The notes under the pieces: model-generated | Seen by the model: only the letters and a program-made list of their open reading frames with translations | Told to the model about the DNA's origin: nothing | Database searches by the model: none | Shown: positions 1 to 14,241 of the stretch, one piece after another | Position numbering within the stretch: the first letter of the stretch is position 1 | Layout: the number at the start of each line of letters is the position of its first letter | NCBI GenBank assembly: GCA_002104945.1 | Contig: MCFH01000024.1 | Location: 682,001 to 746,000, forward strand | DNA from: Piromyces finnis finn | Taxonomy: Eukaryota; Fungi; Neocallimastigomycota | Direction: 5' to 3' | DNA length: 64,000 nt | Position numbers and translations under genes: made by a program

Positions 1-3000
1 TATTTATTATATTTAACTCTGAAGAAAGTTATTAAACAAATTATTTGGAAAAAATTACGTTTTATATATAATTTTAATTTTATATATATATATATATTTT
101 ATTTTTATTTTATTATTTTTCTTATTATTATTATTATTATTATTATTTATATTATTACATGAAACAAACGGACTGCATTAATTATATTGTGTTTATATTA
201 TATTATATATAATATAAATAATAAGATTTTTAAGATTAATATATTTTATATTGAATTAATATTAATATATTTTGTAATAAAAAAAAATAAAGAAAAAAAA
301 AATTTATTAACTTTAAATTATATTAATTTATAATCTATATATATATAAAAAATATAAAACGTTAAAATAAACTTTATTTATTATAAAATTCATTAATATC
401 ATAAAATTATGATTCTCATATAAATTTATTCATAATATCAAACAATTTAAGTAATTTATAAATAATAGTAATATCATAATTAAATTTACAAATTAAAAGA
501 AATGAAAAGTATAATAGGCGAATCTGCCAATTTTTTATATATATATTAATGCATATATATTTGATATATATTATATTTCTTAAATATATAGCAAATATTA
601 AATTAAATAATCTATAATAATTTATTATAGATTACATAAAAAGGAAAACTTTAAGAAGTATTTTAAATATTTTAAATTATAAATAATAATAGGTATAATT
701 ATTAATAGATTATATACATATTTACTTTATTCCATATATTTTTTTTATAAAAACTCTTTGTTTATTAGAACTTATTTTATAAGTAATAAAAACGGGAGAT
801 TAAAGATTAAAAAAAAATTAAATAATGAAATTATTATTTATATAAATATGTTCCTTTAATTAAATTTTGGTGATTTTTTTTGTATTGTATAAATAATATA
901 AATATCTTATAATTGAAAAAAAAAATATCCAAAAAAATTTTAATTATTTTTAAAATGGTTAAAAAATTTTAATATGAATTTTATTCTATAATATAAAAAT
1001 CATAAATGTTTGTGGCTCAATACTAACAAATGCTTATATAAATGAAATTTAAATCATTAATCTAAATTTAATTTATTTTTTTTGGTTATTAATTTATTTT
1101 CTAAGAAAAAATAAAATCTCTATTATATTAAACATTCCTTTTTTTTAAAGTAAAAATCTATGTATTAATATTATGTTTAATATTTTTAATCTATAATAAA
1201 TTAATATATAATTAATAGATTATATCTTATTAAATAATGATTTTTATATTTAATATTTAATTAAATTTACATGTCATTAAATTAAAAAAAAAAACTATTT
1301 TTAAGCATTTTCATTATATAAATATTATATAAATGAGAAAAACAATATTTATTACTATCATAATGAGTCATTTTAATATCATAATTTTATTAGAACATTC
1401 ATAATATTATCATAATTTATAATAATATCCAAAGTAAATTAACTATAATAAAATAGAAAGAAATTGATTATTTCAGTAGTAATTTCAAATAGTTTCCAAT
1501 AATACATAAAATTAAAATCTATAATAAAATAATAGGAATGTCATTTTAATTTTTATATACAATTTATGGTAATCTTTAAATCTTATTTTCTATTTTATAT
1601 GCTAGATTTTAATTAATTTTGGATATATCACAAAGTTCAAAAAGTAGCCAAAATTAAATTAAAATTGTATGATAAAAATGTTTTCTAACTAAGCATGGTT
1701 TTAATATATAAAAGTTATAATTGCAGATCAAATGATTAATATTATATTATTGTTATTATCAAATTAATTTATCTTATGTTTTTTTTTTACAAGGTTACCA
1801 TTTTTGAAAAAGAAATGTTACATTAAAAGAATTATATAAATTAAATTTAATTTATTTTTAATTACAATAAAGAATGCCATATATTTAAATATAATCTAGA
1901 TTAAATATAATATATTTTGTAATTAAATTGTATATTTAACAAATAATAAAAATATGTATTCTAAGCATAAATTAATATAAAAAATTATATCAGATGAAAT
2001 AATTTTTTATGTTAAAGAAATAGATAAACAAAATACTATATTTAGTAAATATATTTCAAAGTAAAAATTTTTAATTAAAAAAAAAAAAAGAACTTTGTTA
2101 TGTTTAGTCATAACCTTAAAAAAATTAATAAATAAATTAATTATATTTTCTCTTTAATAATTTTTTAAAAAAAAAAAAAAACACTTTATTCTAGCATTGT
2201 AAAATTATGATAAAAAGTAATTACCTTATAAATTACATTTAAACTAGTAATAATAATTTATGTGAGTAATTAAAGTTTAATCAATTAAAAGTCCTATTAT
2301 TTTTATTTTTAAATTAAACCATTTATTCAAATTTCATATTTATTTGATTATTATTATAATTAAGCATAATTTAAATGAGAGTTTTAATTTAGAAATTAAT
2401 TGAATAAATAAAAAAAAACTCTATTTCTTTTATATTTTTACTTTGAACATAATCGCATTATTATATATTTTCCCTTCAATCCTTCTTATTAATAATAAAT
2501 TTCTATAATTTTATATTATTTTATTTTTATTAATAATATAATAATATAAAATTTAAAAAATTTCTACTTAATTCATTTTAATATAATAGCTAAATATTTA
2601 ATATTTTAAATATATTACTCTAAACCTATCCACTTTAAAATAGTATTATTGAATATTTTCATGCCTCCCTTTGCTTAGATAGTGATTTTAGATTTTGGTA
2701 TACATTTGACTAAACTAATTAAGTTTTAAAAGACTGGTAAAAAGTTCATTTATAGCAAGACCGTTATGTTATAAAAAATTAAATATTTTTATTATCATCC
2801 TATCCAAAATTCATATTAATTATTTAACATAAATGATTTAAAAATGCTTTAGAATTATTTGTTCAATTTATAATTTATTTTTATTATATATTATACAGTT
2901 AATTTGTTAGATAAAAATTAAAGTATTATCATCATTAAAAACTTGTTTTGAAAAGGTATTAATTATAGTAACAAATAAATGAATTGAAATGTTAATAAAT

Positions 3001-4332
3001 GAATGAATAATAAAATAAATAAATATTAAATTTTAATTAATTTTATATTACTCGTTTCAATACAATTTTGTTTGATACATTAATATATGTTTTATTTACT
3101 TTTTGTAATAAAAATATAATTGTAATTTAATTATTAATATAAAATTAAATTTTGTAATTAATAAATAGTATTATAAAATAACTTTTACTTATGTAAATTC
3201 CTGGTTTTAATATACCACATATAGTAAAAATTTGTGGTGAAGTAAAGTTTGAACTTTTTTGTTTAAATAATAATTAAAGTTTACAATTTTTATTTGATAT
3301 CAAAATTTAATTTATATATATTATATTAATGTAGTACATTATTTGATTTGAAACTGAGAAATAACAAATGATGCTTTTTTTCATAATTGGATATGCCGCT
3401 GTATTATAATTTTAGGATATATTGTTCCTTCTAAAATTAAAATTTAATATAATTATTTATTTTCTTCTTTTTGGATCTTATTACTTTTTTAAAAATATAT
3501 TATTTTTTCATAAAAAATTATGAAAGATTTTACCTTTGAATTGTTTGTTGCAATTAAAAATTTCTATCATAAATATTTATTTATTAATGTATTCTATAAC
3601 CTTTATAATTTCATTTTTTAAGGATATAAATTTTATTTATTTTTTGTAATAATTACTTATTATATCTACACTAGTGTAATAGTTTGCAATAGAATACGAT
3701 GAAGTTTCAGGTTTTCATTCTTTGTTTCAACTCTTTTTAGGTTTATTTATATTATCACGTGAAAACATCCACAAATAGTCTTAGAAAGAAAAAATACTAT
3801 TAATTTGTTTTACCTTTTAACTTTTGATACATTCATCATTAATTTGTTGAGTAATTGCCGCATATCATAGTTTCATCGGTTTCATCTTATAAAATGTTTA
3901 AATAAGGAAATTTATTTGTATAACCTCAATTTTTAATATATTCTGGAATACAGAAGATAAATTGTTGGATAAAATATTTTTTTTCCTTATAAATTTTTAT
4001 ATTTCAATAAAAAACTATTATTCGTTATTCATACAATTATTAAAATTTTTTAATTAAAACTTTTATTCTAATTTAATCTTACTTTTCTATTTCATATATT
4101 CTAAATAAAATATTTTTAATTATAAGTTATTTATTATTATATTTATTTTATTATTTTTTATTCCTTTTTATATTTTTAGTATTTTTTTTAACATTTTGTT
4201 ATAATTTATTATTTATTTTATTTATTTTTCTATATTTATTTTTTTTTCTATATTTATTTTTTTTTCTATATTTATTTTTGTTTTCCATTGCTAATTTAGC
4301 AACTGAATCAATTAAAATAAAAATACATGTAA

Positions 4333-4945
4333 TTAATCTTTATTTTCTATACCGTTTTTTAATTCAAAGTAACAAACAATCTATAATAAAAATATAATGT
4401 ATAAAAAATTAATATGAAACATTAATTAATATATAAGAAAACTACATAATTAAATAGAGAGGACTACAAATTTTTGATTGATTATACTTTGAAGTACTGA
4501 CATTTTTAATACTATAAATAGTATCTCCTAATTCTTGAAAATGACTTTTTAAAGTGGGTATTAATTAAGAAGGTTTCAATTATTTCAATTCAAACTAATA
4601 TGATTAAAAAAAATCAATAAAAAAAAATAAACTTGTAAATTAATAGATATTATTCATTATTTAAAAACAATTTTTTTATAATTATTACTATTTCAATAAT
4701 AAATATTATGCCAACATTAATTATTTTTTTAATTTCCTTTTTAGAATATCCTTCACCTAATCCCATTGAGAAAATATTGTAACAAGATTTGAAACAATTC
4801 AGTATGGTATAGTAGTCAATAACTTGAGTTATTTGAAATACTTTATTTTCCTTAACTTCTTTTAATGATTCAATTTTTTCAACTCTAACTTTTTTTTTCT
4901 TAACTTTGCTATATTTCGTTATGCTATTTAATTCTTCCCAAGATT
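4333..4945 (-). pseudogene. Decayed tandem partial duplicate of the 3' end of the neighbouring Sip3/Lam1-like gene
   Basis: Minus-strand translation gives FQITQVIDYYTILNCFKSCYNIFSMGLGEGYSKK (parent: LQITQAFDYCTELLESDFKPWNDILTMELGNSHSKR), then IETFLINTHFKKSF/QELGDTIYSIKNV (parent: IENFLDTHFKRPFIQDLGGDTVFNIDNV), then VCYFELKNGIENKD* (parent: SCYFELRNALESKD*). The copy has a frameshift, an in-frame stop, a lost GT donor (AAAAGgtaaatt became AAAAAGgaaatt) and a large deletion in the last exon. Confidence 0.75.
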
Positions 4946-5815
4946 ATAAAAAATTTATTATATTACTTTTTTTTTTTCTTACTTTTAATAGTTTTTTTTT
5001 TTTATTTCAGATTTATTTTCCTTTTTTTTTTTATCATTAAATTCTTGTTTAATTCTTCACAAAGTTTTAAAAAATTTATTATATTACTATTTTTATCAAT
5101 ATCAAACGAAATTTATGATAATATACTTTTCATTTAAAAAAAAAAAAAGTTGTTATAGAATTGATATTTTATATCAAAATTTAAATCCATTATTGGGTTT
5201 TGCCATGGGTTGGGTTATAATATTCAGGTAAGTATTAATGCACTTTCTAATTTACTATTATGATAATAACATTCGTCTAGCCGGCCTGAGAGGGTCAAAG
5301 TGTACATGATGCATTTCAAATTAGAACTTTATAAGTGGTGATTTAGACTATGCCAAATATACAAGCAATATTTAAGTGAAAAAATTAGGTTGACACGTGA
5401 TCAAACTGACTATATGGCATTACCATTTTTTAATCTTAAAATTTTTCAAATAATAATTTTTAATATATTAAGGTATACAAAAGATAAATTATTGGATAAA
5501 ATCTTTTTCTCAAAAAATTAATTACTAATATTTTATTTTTTTTCAAAAAAATATATTGTTGCACATTAATAAAAACAATTTGGTATTATTTATTATTATT
5601 TTATATATTTTTTTTTTTTTTCTCCAAATAAAACTTCAATTATAATTTAACACAGACATTCCATATTTCCTTATCTTTATAATTGAAGATTTTTATTTAT
5701 TTTTTATTACATGTTTTATTTTATTTATTTTTTATTATTATGAATTTTTTCATAATTTTATAATTTTTTTTTTTAAAGTTCTTTTTTTTTTTTTTTTTAT
5801 TTTCATTATGTGTAA

Positions 5816-8800
5816 TTAATCTTTACTTTCTAAAGCATTTCTTAATTCAAAGTAACAGGAAGCAATCTTTAACTTCTTTTTTAATATTTTACCATTAGGG
5901 AGTTTAACAAATTGTGCTGAATTAATATTACCATCTTTATCATAAAGTTCCGCTATATCTTCTGGATTAGCTGTTTGCTTTTTATTGTCATGCTGATCAT
6001 TATCAATACACTTTTCGAGAAGGTCAGAGAACCAGTTAAAGTATTCCATAATAATAAGTTTATTTTCGTGTATATCCAAATCATGATAAGTTCTTATTAT
6101 TTCCTTTTTCATATTACGAATATTACTGTAGGATTCTTGGAATTTAAAGAACATTAATGAATTATTTTTATTATAATAAGTGAAATTTTTTGGTTGATTA
6201 GATGTAGGAGTTTTAACATTATCAATATTAAAAACGGTATCTCCTCCTAAATCTTGAATAAATGGTCTTTTAAAGTGTGTATCTAAAAAGTTTTCAATAC
6301 TAATAAAAACAATTAAAAAAAAAATGATAAAAAGATATTATACATTTGTAAATTATTAGATTTTATTAAAAAGCAATGCTCTTATAATCATTAATTACTA
6401 TTATTATTTCAATAATAAATGTTAATACTAATTATTTTTTAAATTTACCTTTTAGAATGGCTATTACCTAATTCCATTGTGAGAATATCGTTCCATGGTT
6501 TGAAATCGCTTTCCAGTAATTCTGTGCAGTAGTCGAAAGCTTGAGTAATTTGAAGTTTTGGCTCAATAGTTATTGTCTGTGAAATGTTTTCCTTTTTACC
6601 TCTTAAAAGAAGTACCATATTAAGAATAACTGACAGAGCTAATAAAGCTGAAACTATAATTGTAATTAAATTAAAATCACTCTTTTTTTCTTCTGTTGAA
6701 TCTGGCGTGGTTTCTGTATTGTTATAAGAATGAAGCATACTTTTTGATCTCATAATTTGTGTTGCCACTGGAGTTGAAGCAGTAGCACCACCATTATTAG
6801 ATGACTCTATACTTTCTATTACATCACCATTTTCATTTGTATTAGCCAATCTTTCACATTCAGGTATAATGGCAGAAAGAGTACCTTCAGCAGATTCTAC
6901 TAAACCCTTTAATGTTGGTGATTTAATTGCATCTTTATATATACATATATATATAGTTTTAATACATATATATATTATATATATTATATATATGTATTAT
7001 TTAATATTATATAAAACACTTACTTTTAATAATGTAATTTGGACTTTTACTCCATCTAATACCAACACTAATATTAAGTTTACAAGTAGTTTCTGTTTGA
7101 TAGGTAATAATATATTTTAAAACGGGTAAAAAATATTCACCATATGGCATTTTTGGTGTTCTTGCTAAACACTCATAAACATAAAGACTTTTTATAAAGA
7201 AAAGGATTATTAATTTATTAATTATATTAAAATTTAAAAAATTTATATATATAAAAATGATGAAATAATTACAGATATTCATCACTTTTGAGTAAAATTT
7301 GAGACTCTTCTGTAATAGTTTCCTTATCCTTAACTATTTAAATATTATCATATAAAAAAATAATAATAAAAATTAAAGATTGTTTTTTTTTTATTATTAT
7401 TTTATTTTATTTTATATTTATATTTATATATTTTTATTTAATTTTGTATTGTTACCTAAAACATTATTTACAGGAATCATATATTTAACTAATCTTTCAT
7501 TATTACCATCCTTATTTTTAGCCCATTCACCAACGGTCATATCTTTTAATAAATATTAAAATATATTAAACATAAATTATATTTTAGTATTATAGCATTA
7601 TTAATGTTAGTAGTATAATTTGTTAATTCCAATAATAAATTATATTTGATTAATATATGATAAGGAATTCTAAAATTAAATGAAAAAAATAAACAAATTG
7701 TAAGAACTTACCAAATTCTTTTTTTTTGTCTCTAATTTTTTGTTGTAATGAAACATCTTCTCCATAAAGAATGTCATTTAACTGTTTTGCTGGAATTGGT
7801 AATATGACTTCTCTTACCTTTTTTTCCAAAACTTCATTAAAAACAATTGGACCTGATGGTTTTGGTATGTTTGGAGGTAAAGAATATTTATTATTATTTG
7901 AAGCAGATGATGAAGTTTTATTGGTATCAGTTTTTTTAGTATCAACTTCTTTTTTACTCATTTTTGGTGATTCTTATTAAAATAAATTATCAACATCAAT
8001 AATAATAATGATAATAATAATAATGTATAATAATGTATAATAATGTATAATAATAAATAAAATATAATTTGTGGATTTTTATTAATTGAAACACAAATAT
8101 TTTAATATATATTAATATATATATTATGAAATATGAATATAAACTTACCGGTTTTTGATAAAGTTGTTGTAGGTGTACTTTCTTTATTTTCCTTAGTTAC
8201 TTTTAATGGTTCAATTTTTTCAACTTCAACTTCTTTTTTTTCTACTTCGTTATCTTTCTTTTTAGTATTCGATTCTTGTTTTAATTCTTCAATTGATTCG
8301 AAATTCATTGAATTGCTAATTATTGATATCAAGTTAAAAAATAAAAAAATTTATAATTCATATTATTAATTTTATAATTGAAATATATAATTAAATTGTT
8401 CTACTATATCTAATATATTATTATTACTTTTCAGTTTCATTTAAATTTTCTATCATTGATTCATCAATACTTTCACTATCGTCGCTAATTTCATCATCTC
8501 CATAAATTTTATCAAAAATTTCCTGAGCATTTAATTGCTATAATATTTAAATATAATATTAACAAATTATATTGGTTGAAATAAAATATAAACTTTTGTA
8601 AACTTACTATTTTTGAAGTATTGTTTTCCCAAATAGTATTTAAAATTCTATACACCTTAGTCATATCCTTCAAATACATCTTAATGATATACTATTCATA
8701 TTAAAAAAAAAATTGTTGTCATAAAAATAATTGTTTCATTAGAATCATATCAACATTGAATTTAATAAAATTTTTGACTGACCTCGTTATTTTCACTTTC

Positions 8801-10884
8801 ATTAGTTTTAATTGAAATAATGTTATAAACCACACCAGCCTGACTATCAATTGAGATAATATCTCTAAATGGAATTTTATACTATATATAAATTGTGAAT
8901 AAATTTACAGTTAAAAGATTTTCCATTGTATATAATTAAGATGTATATTCCATTAATAATTTTATATAAAATTACCTTTGTAACGTATTTAAAAATTTTT
9001 GAATAAAAGTAAATATAATCGATAGTTAAAAAAATACTTCCTTGAATAGTAACGCCATGCTGAATAGCACATGAACAATCTTTTTTTTTTTTTTAGATTT
9101 TTTTTTAAAATAAAAAAAAATATGTTTAATTTTTTAATTATAAATAATTAATATATTCTTTTATATTGATATATTCTTAAGTTACATACTATATATTAAA
9201 TATTCGTCTTCTTTAATATCCTCAAAAATTGCATGAAATTCCTTATTTCTATTTTCGTATTGTTCATTTTGATAAATAATTACATTGGGTGTCAAATGAA
9301 TATTGTTAATTCGACCTTTGAAGGAACGAGATAAGTATTCTCCATCCTCGTCTTCATCTTCAATTTTTAATTCATCATCTGATAAAGTTTCTACAATATC
9401 ACCAGCCTTTTGATTATCTTCAATTGTATTACTTAGATTTTTTAATTTTTCATGTTTTGCTATTTCAAATGTATTCAACCATTCTTTTAATTCATTTTCA
9501 CTTTCAGCTATAAAATTACAATACAATAATAAAAAAATTGATAATTAAAATTTTAATGTCTTTATTATAATCTAATCCTTATCAATAGGAATATAAAAAA
9601 TTTTCATACCTTGTAAAATATACGTTCTAATAGTTTATTCATTTAACAAAAAATAAATAATTATAAATAGCATTAATATAACATAATTTTTATGTATATT
9701 TAAAATTTTTTTAATTACTTTTTTGCTGTTATAACAGAAAAACAGAATCTTCTTTCATTATTAGTTTCTTCTTTAACTTCACAAAGTAAGATATTTATTG
9801 GAGTAGATGTCCATACAAAGCCTCTCTTTTTTCCTGATGAACTTGTCATTGAATATTTAAAAACACCCTTTTTAATACTAAAATATCTTCTACTCCATCC
9901 TTTTTGATACTTTTTATATAGCCATCCTGATTTTTCATATTTTGGTCTTGATGAATCCTATTAATTAATATATTTAATTTATAATTTATTGATATTCAAA
10001 AATAAATAAAAATAAGAGGAAACATTTAAAATTAAATATACAATATTAATTATAATATTAATATATATATAGCCATAATTACATTTTCAAATGACTCTTT
10101 CATTTTATTGTAATATGATATATTCTATAAAAATAAAATAAATTGTTAATTGAGTAAATAGATATGTATTTACTATTATTCCTCCTTTCATATTATTAAT
10201 AAGCACTTACTTCATCTAATTTGCTTTTAAGACTATTAAAATCAGGCTTTACTGAATTGAATGAATTAAGAATTGAGTTGTGATAATTAACATTTTCATT
10301 ATAAAAGAAATTAAACTATAGAGAAATAAGTTAAATATGAGTTTACTTAAAATTAATATATTGATAATTCTAGAACATAATATTTAAATATATTGAAATA
10401 CATACTATATTATGTATTAATTGATTTAATTTAGTTTTGAAAGTAATGATACATTCACATAATTCAATTCCATTAGTAATAAACTTCTTTTTCATTTCTT
10501 CAGCTTGATTATACATCTTTCAAATTTTATTGATAATATATTTGTGGTTTTAATATTAATTATTTATTAATCCTTTTATAATAATAATTTTTAAAATTAT
10601 ATTACTTCAGTTAGGACAACTTGATCTTTTGATTTTGATGCACCTGAATATTTATTAAGAATACTTTCATATTTATCCAATGATTTATCATATATATGTT
10701 TTTTTTCCTATTAATATATAATAAGGTTTATCTTAATATAAAAAAATAAAAGATAAATTGAATAAGATTTGTTATTACATAAATATCTTTTGAAGCAGCT
10801 TGACAAAAATCATATAATTCAGAAATAATTTTTTCAAATAAATCATCTACCTAAATTTAATTTAATTAAACGACATTTTACCAA

Positions 10885-10915
<31 letters not shown>

Positions 10916-11573
10916 ATAAAAATTTAGTTATAATTATTTTTATTATTATTGTTATTATGATTATGACTATGATTATGATTATGATTATAATAAATAAATA
11001 AGAATAAAATACCATATTAATTTTGTAAGAATATATAATACTGATATTATCGTTGAATATTTGAATAATATTTTTACTAATATTATCTTTAATTTATATA
11101 CATATATATATATAAATATTATATATAATTAGTCATATTGTAATTTCATATATTTTATATTATTAAAAATTAATAGAATCACTATTTACCGAGAATATCT
11201 TTATCCTTGAATATCAAAAATCTTTTGATAATGCTGTCATTGAAATCATTACATTCTTTTATTTTTTATTTATATATAAAATTTTAACAAAGTAAATAAA
11301 TAAAAAAGATACATGAGTTAATAATTTTTCATAAAATTTACAATATAGTACTTTAATTTAAAATTTACTCATATATTCTTTTGTATAAAGTTCTATTAAT
11401 TTTGTTAGGCCATCAAGTAATTTAATAAATTCACTAAGTTGGTCTTCAAAATAATTAACACTTGCCCTGAATTTTGGTGAATCAATTGTTGCTAATTTCA
11501 CATTGATAAAACATATTGGATTATATACATCGTCAGCTATTTTAGCTAAGTTTGCATCACTATTTTGAGTCAT
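5816..11573 (-). CDS. SIP3: Sip3/Lam1(Ysp1)-type LAM lipid-transfer protein: BAR - PH - GRAM - VASt (StART-like) - TM, multi-exon
   Basis: BAR start IDSPKFRASVNYFEDQL (11358-11573). PH GWLYKKYQKGWSRRYFSIKKG...RRFCFSVITAKK...ESENELKEWL (9.5-9.95 kb). GRAM NRNKEFHAIF...CSCAIQHGVTIQGSIFLTIDYIYFYSKIF (9.0-9.3 kb). VASt TPKMPYGEYFLPVLKYIITYQTETTCKLNISVGIRWSKSP (7.0-7.2 kb). TM LITIIVSALLALSVILNMVLLL. Sip3-like tail YHDLDIHENKLIIMEYFNWFSD. Exons are separated by GT-AG introns. Confidence 0.85.
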
Positions 11574-12234
11574 GCTATTATTATGTTAATATATTTTTAA
11601 TTATTATAATTAATACATTAATTTAATTGAAAACAAATAGGATAAATAATTCAAATATATAAAAATTATATATATTTATTTTATATTTATTTTTAAATTA
11701 ATTTATTACTTTTTTTTATTTTTATTTTTTTGCTTTTATCTTTTATTTTTTATTTATAACTGCATATAATTACATATAATTAAATTGCTATTTTTATTTT
11801 CTTTGATAAATGTATACTGACTAATAGATATAAAAATAATTATTCACTTTGTTGATGTTTTAATAAAAACATATTTCAATGCTAAATTGTTTAAATAAAA
11901 AGGATATCTTTAATTAGTATTTTCTTTTTTGTCCTTGGAAAGTGATAAAATGAGCATAATAATTAAATACCTACCTTAGCTATTTATTTATTTATTTAAT
12001 AAATTTAATTTCTTTTTTAATATATTATATAAATATTGGAAATTTAATATTTTTACTTTTTCATAACCATTGAAATTTGAAATGAATAATTTTTTTATTA
12101 TTATTTAATTTTATTAATTTAATTAATATTGTTATATTTTTCCTTTTATTCAATTATATACATATATATTTTTTGGATAAAAAAAAATAAGTGTTTTTCA
12201 CTTTTAATTATTATTTTTTTATATATATATTTTA

Positions 12235-12268
<34 letters not shown>

Positions 12269-14241
12269 CCAAGAATTAAAATTTTAATTTTTTTTCTTTT
12301 AAATAATCTTAATACTTTCCTTTTATATTCATTATTAAAAAATTAATATAATTCAAATATTGTTTTAATTAAATTTTTATATATTAAATTAAACTTGTTG
12401 GATTTTTATTATTCAAAGAAACTTTAAAAATAATATCATTAAAAAAAAAAAAAATAATAGAATATACATTTGTCATTCATTTAAAGTATAAATAAATAAA
12501 ATATTGATCTTAACAATTGATTATTAAGTTTTTTTTGTTAGTTAATTAATTATAGCAATTAATGGTGGATAAACCATAACTATCTAATAAAATAAAAAAA
12601 AAGTTTGTATTTCCTTTTCGATTTACATATTGAAAGTTAATAAATCATTAATAATAAATTTTTATATTAAAATATATTTTCAATAAAGATAAAGCATATA
12701 TAATATAAAAAATAACACAAAAATTAGAAAATTTGATATAAATAATATAAAAGTGTTTAAAAAAAAAATGGTCTATTTTAATTATTTCATTTCATTTCAA
12801 ATAAATAAATTGTTAACAATTAGACCAAATTAAAGCCAAACTAATAAATATACATAAGAACATTTTGTACAGATTTTTAATAAAATTTAGTATTATTTTT
12901 AAAGAGTAATAATTATTTCTTTTTAATAGAAAAAATTTCTTTAAAATCTATAATTAATTTATCGTTAATAGAATTTATTACCATACATTTATAAATAAGT
13001 ATTATATTAAAAAGAAGCTAATTATTTAGATATACTATATTTTTACTATTATTACTGTTGTTTAAAATAAAATCTCTCTTTTTTAATCTGTAAAAGATAC
13101 CAAAAAAAAAAAAACGACAGGTTTAAAAAACATATAATTCATTTTTTATAGTATTTGAGTTTTGAGATTTGAGATTAAATTATATAAATTAAAATTAACT
13201 AATAATATATCTGTAATATTACTAAATATATTTAAATATATATTAATATATTATTCTATTCATTTTATATATAAAGATATAACCTTTAAAAAACATAATA
13301 TTACAAAGGTTATCAATCATTTTAATATATATTAATTTTTTATTTATAACTTTTTTTTTTTTTAAAAAAATAAGAAATTTATTAATTGAATGTCTTAATT
13401 AGAATTATCGAACCATTATATTAACTAAATTAAATTGACAAAATAATTTGATATTTAATCTATCTGTTGACTTTATTATCATTTTTTAAAAAGATATTAT
13501 TAATTGAATAATAAAAAGAATAAGTAATTTAATTATTATAATATTATTTTTCAATTCAATTTCATTAAAAGAAATGCAATAGTCGAAGAGAGACTTTGTA
13601 TAAAGTACTATATTGAAAATCAAAATTAATTTTAAACTTTATATATTTAATACCAATTATCAATTGGAAATATCTAATAATCATTAATCATTTATTTTTT
13701 ATTTATAATTAATAAAAATTCATTTAATTAAATGTAATTCAATTATTACATATTTATAAATTTTTATAAATAGTAAACAGAAATAAATAGCATATAACAT
13801 TATATAAGTAAAAAGCAAATTAAATATTTACCATTATTCATATAAGCAATAAATTCACTATAAAAATTAAAAGGTCAATTTATCATTATTATTTCTTGAA
13901 AACAATCTTTGGAAGATATAAAAAATTATTCATAGAGTAATTATTTGTATATCAAAAGTATGATATAAAATAATAAAGAAAAATAAAAATATTAATATTC
14001 TTTAAATAAAGTAGGTTTTAAATATATATAAATCATTTATTAAAATAAAATATATTTATTTAATTTTGTCTGAATGATTATAACAAATTTTTAGAAATCT
14101 AAAATTTTAACAATATTATTCTTATAAATAGCAATAGATATTTCAGTATATTCGAGTTATTTCTTTTATTTAATTTGGAATAAATTCTAAAAATATTTAA
14201 ACAAATCAATTCAAGTTTTATTTTTATAGAAATTCAATGAA

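Noticed and set aside
3661-3920. Slightly GC-richer intergenic patch, possible transposon relic
   Set aside because: No frame gives a recognisable transposase, RT or other motif.
5278-5295. 18-mer tagccggcctgagagggt resembling a conserved bacterial 16S rRNA segment
   Set aside because: The flanks do not continue as rRNA (no ...ccacactgggactgagacacgg). It is too short to call an rRNA or HGT fragment.
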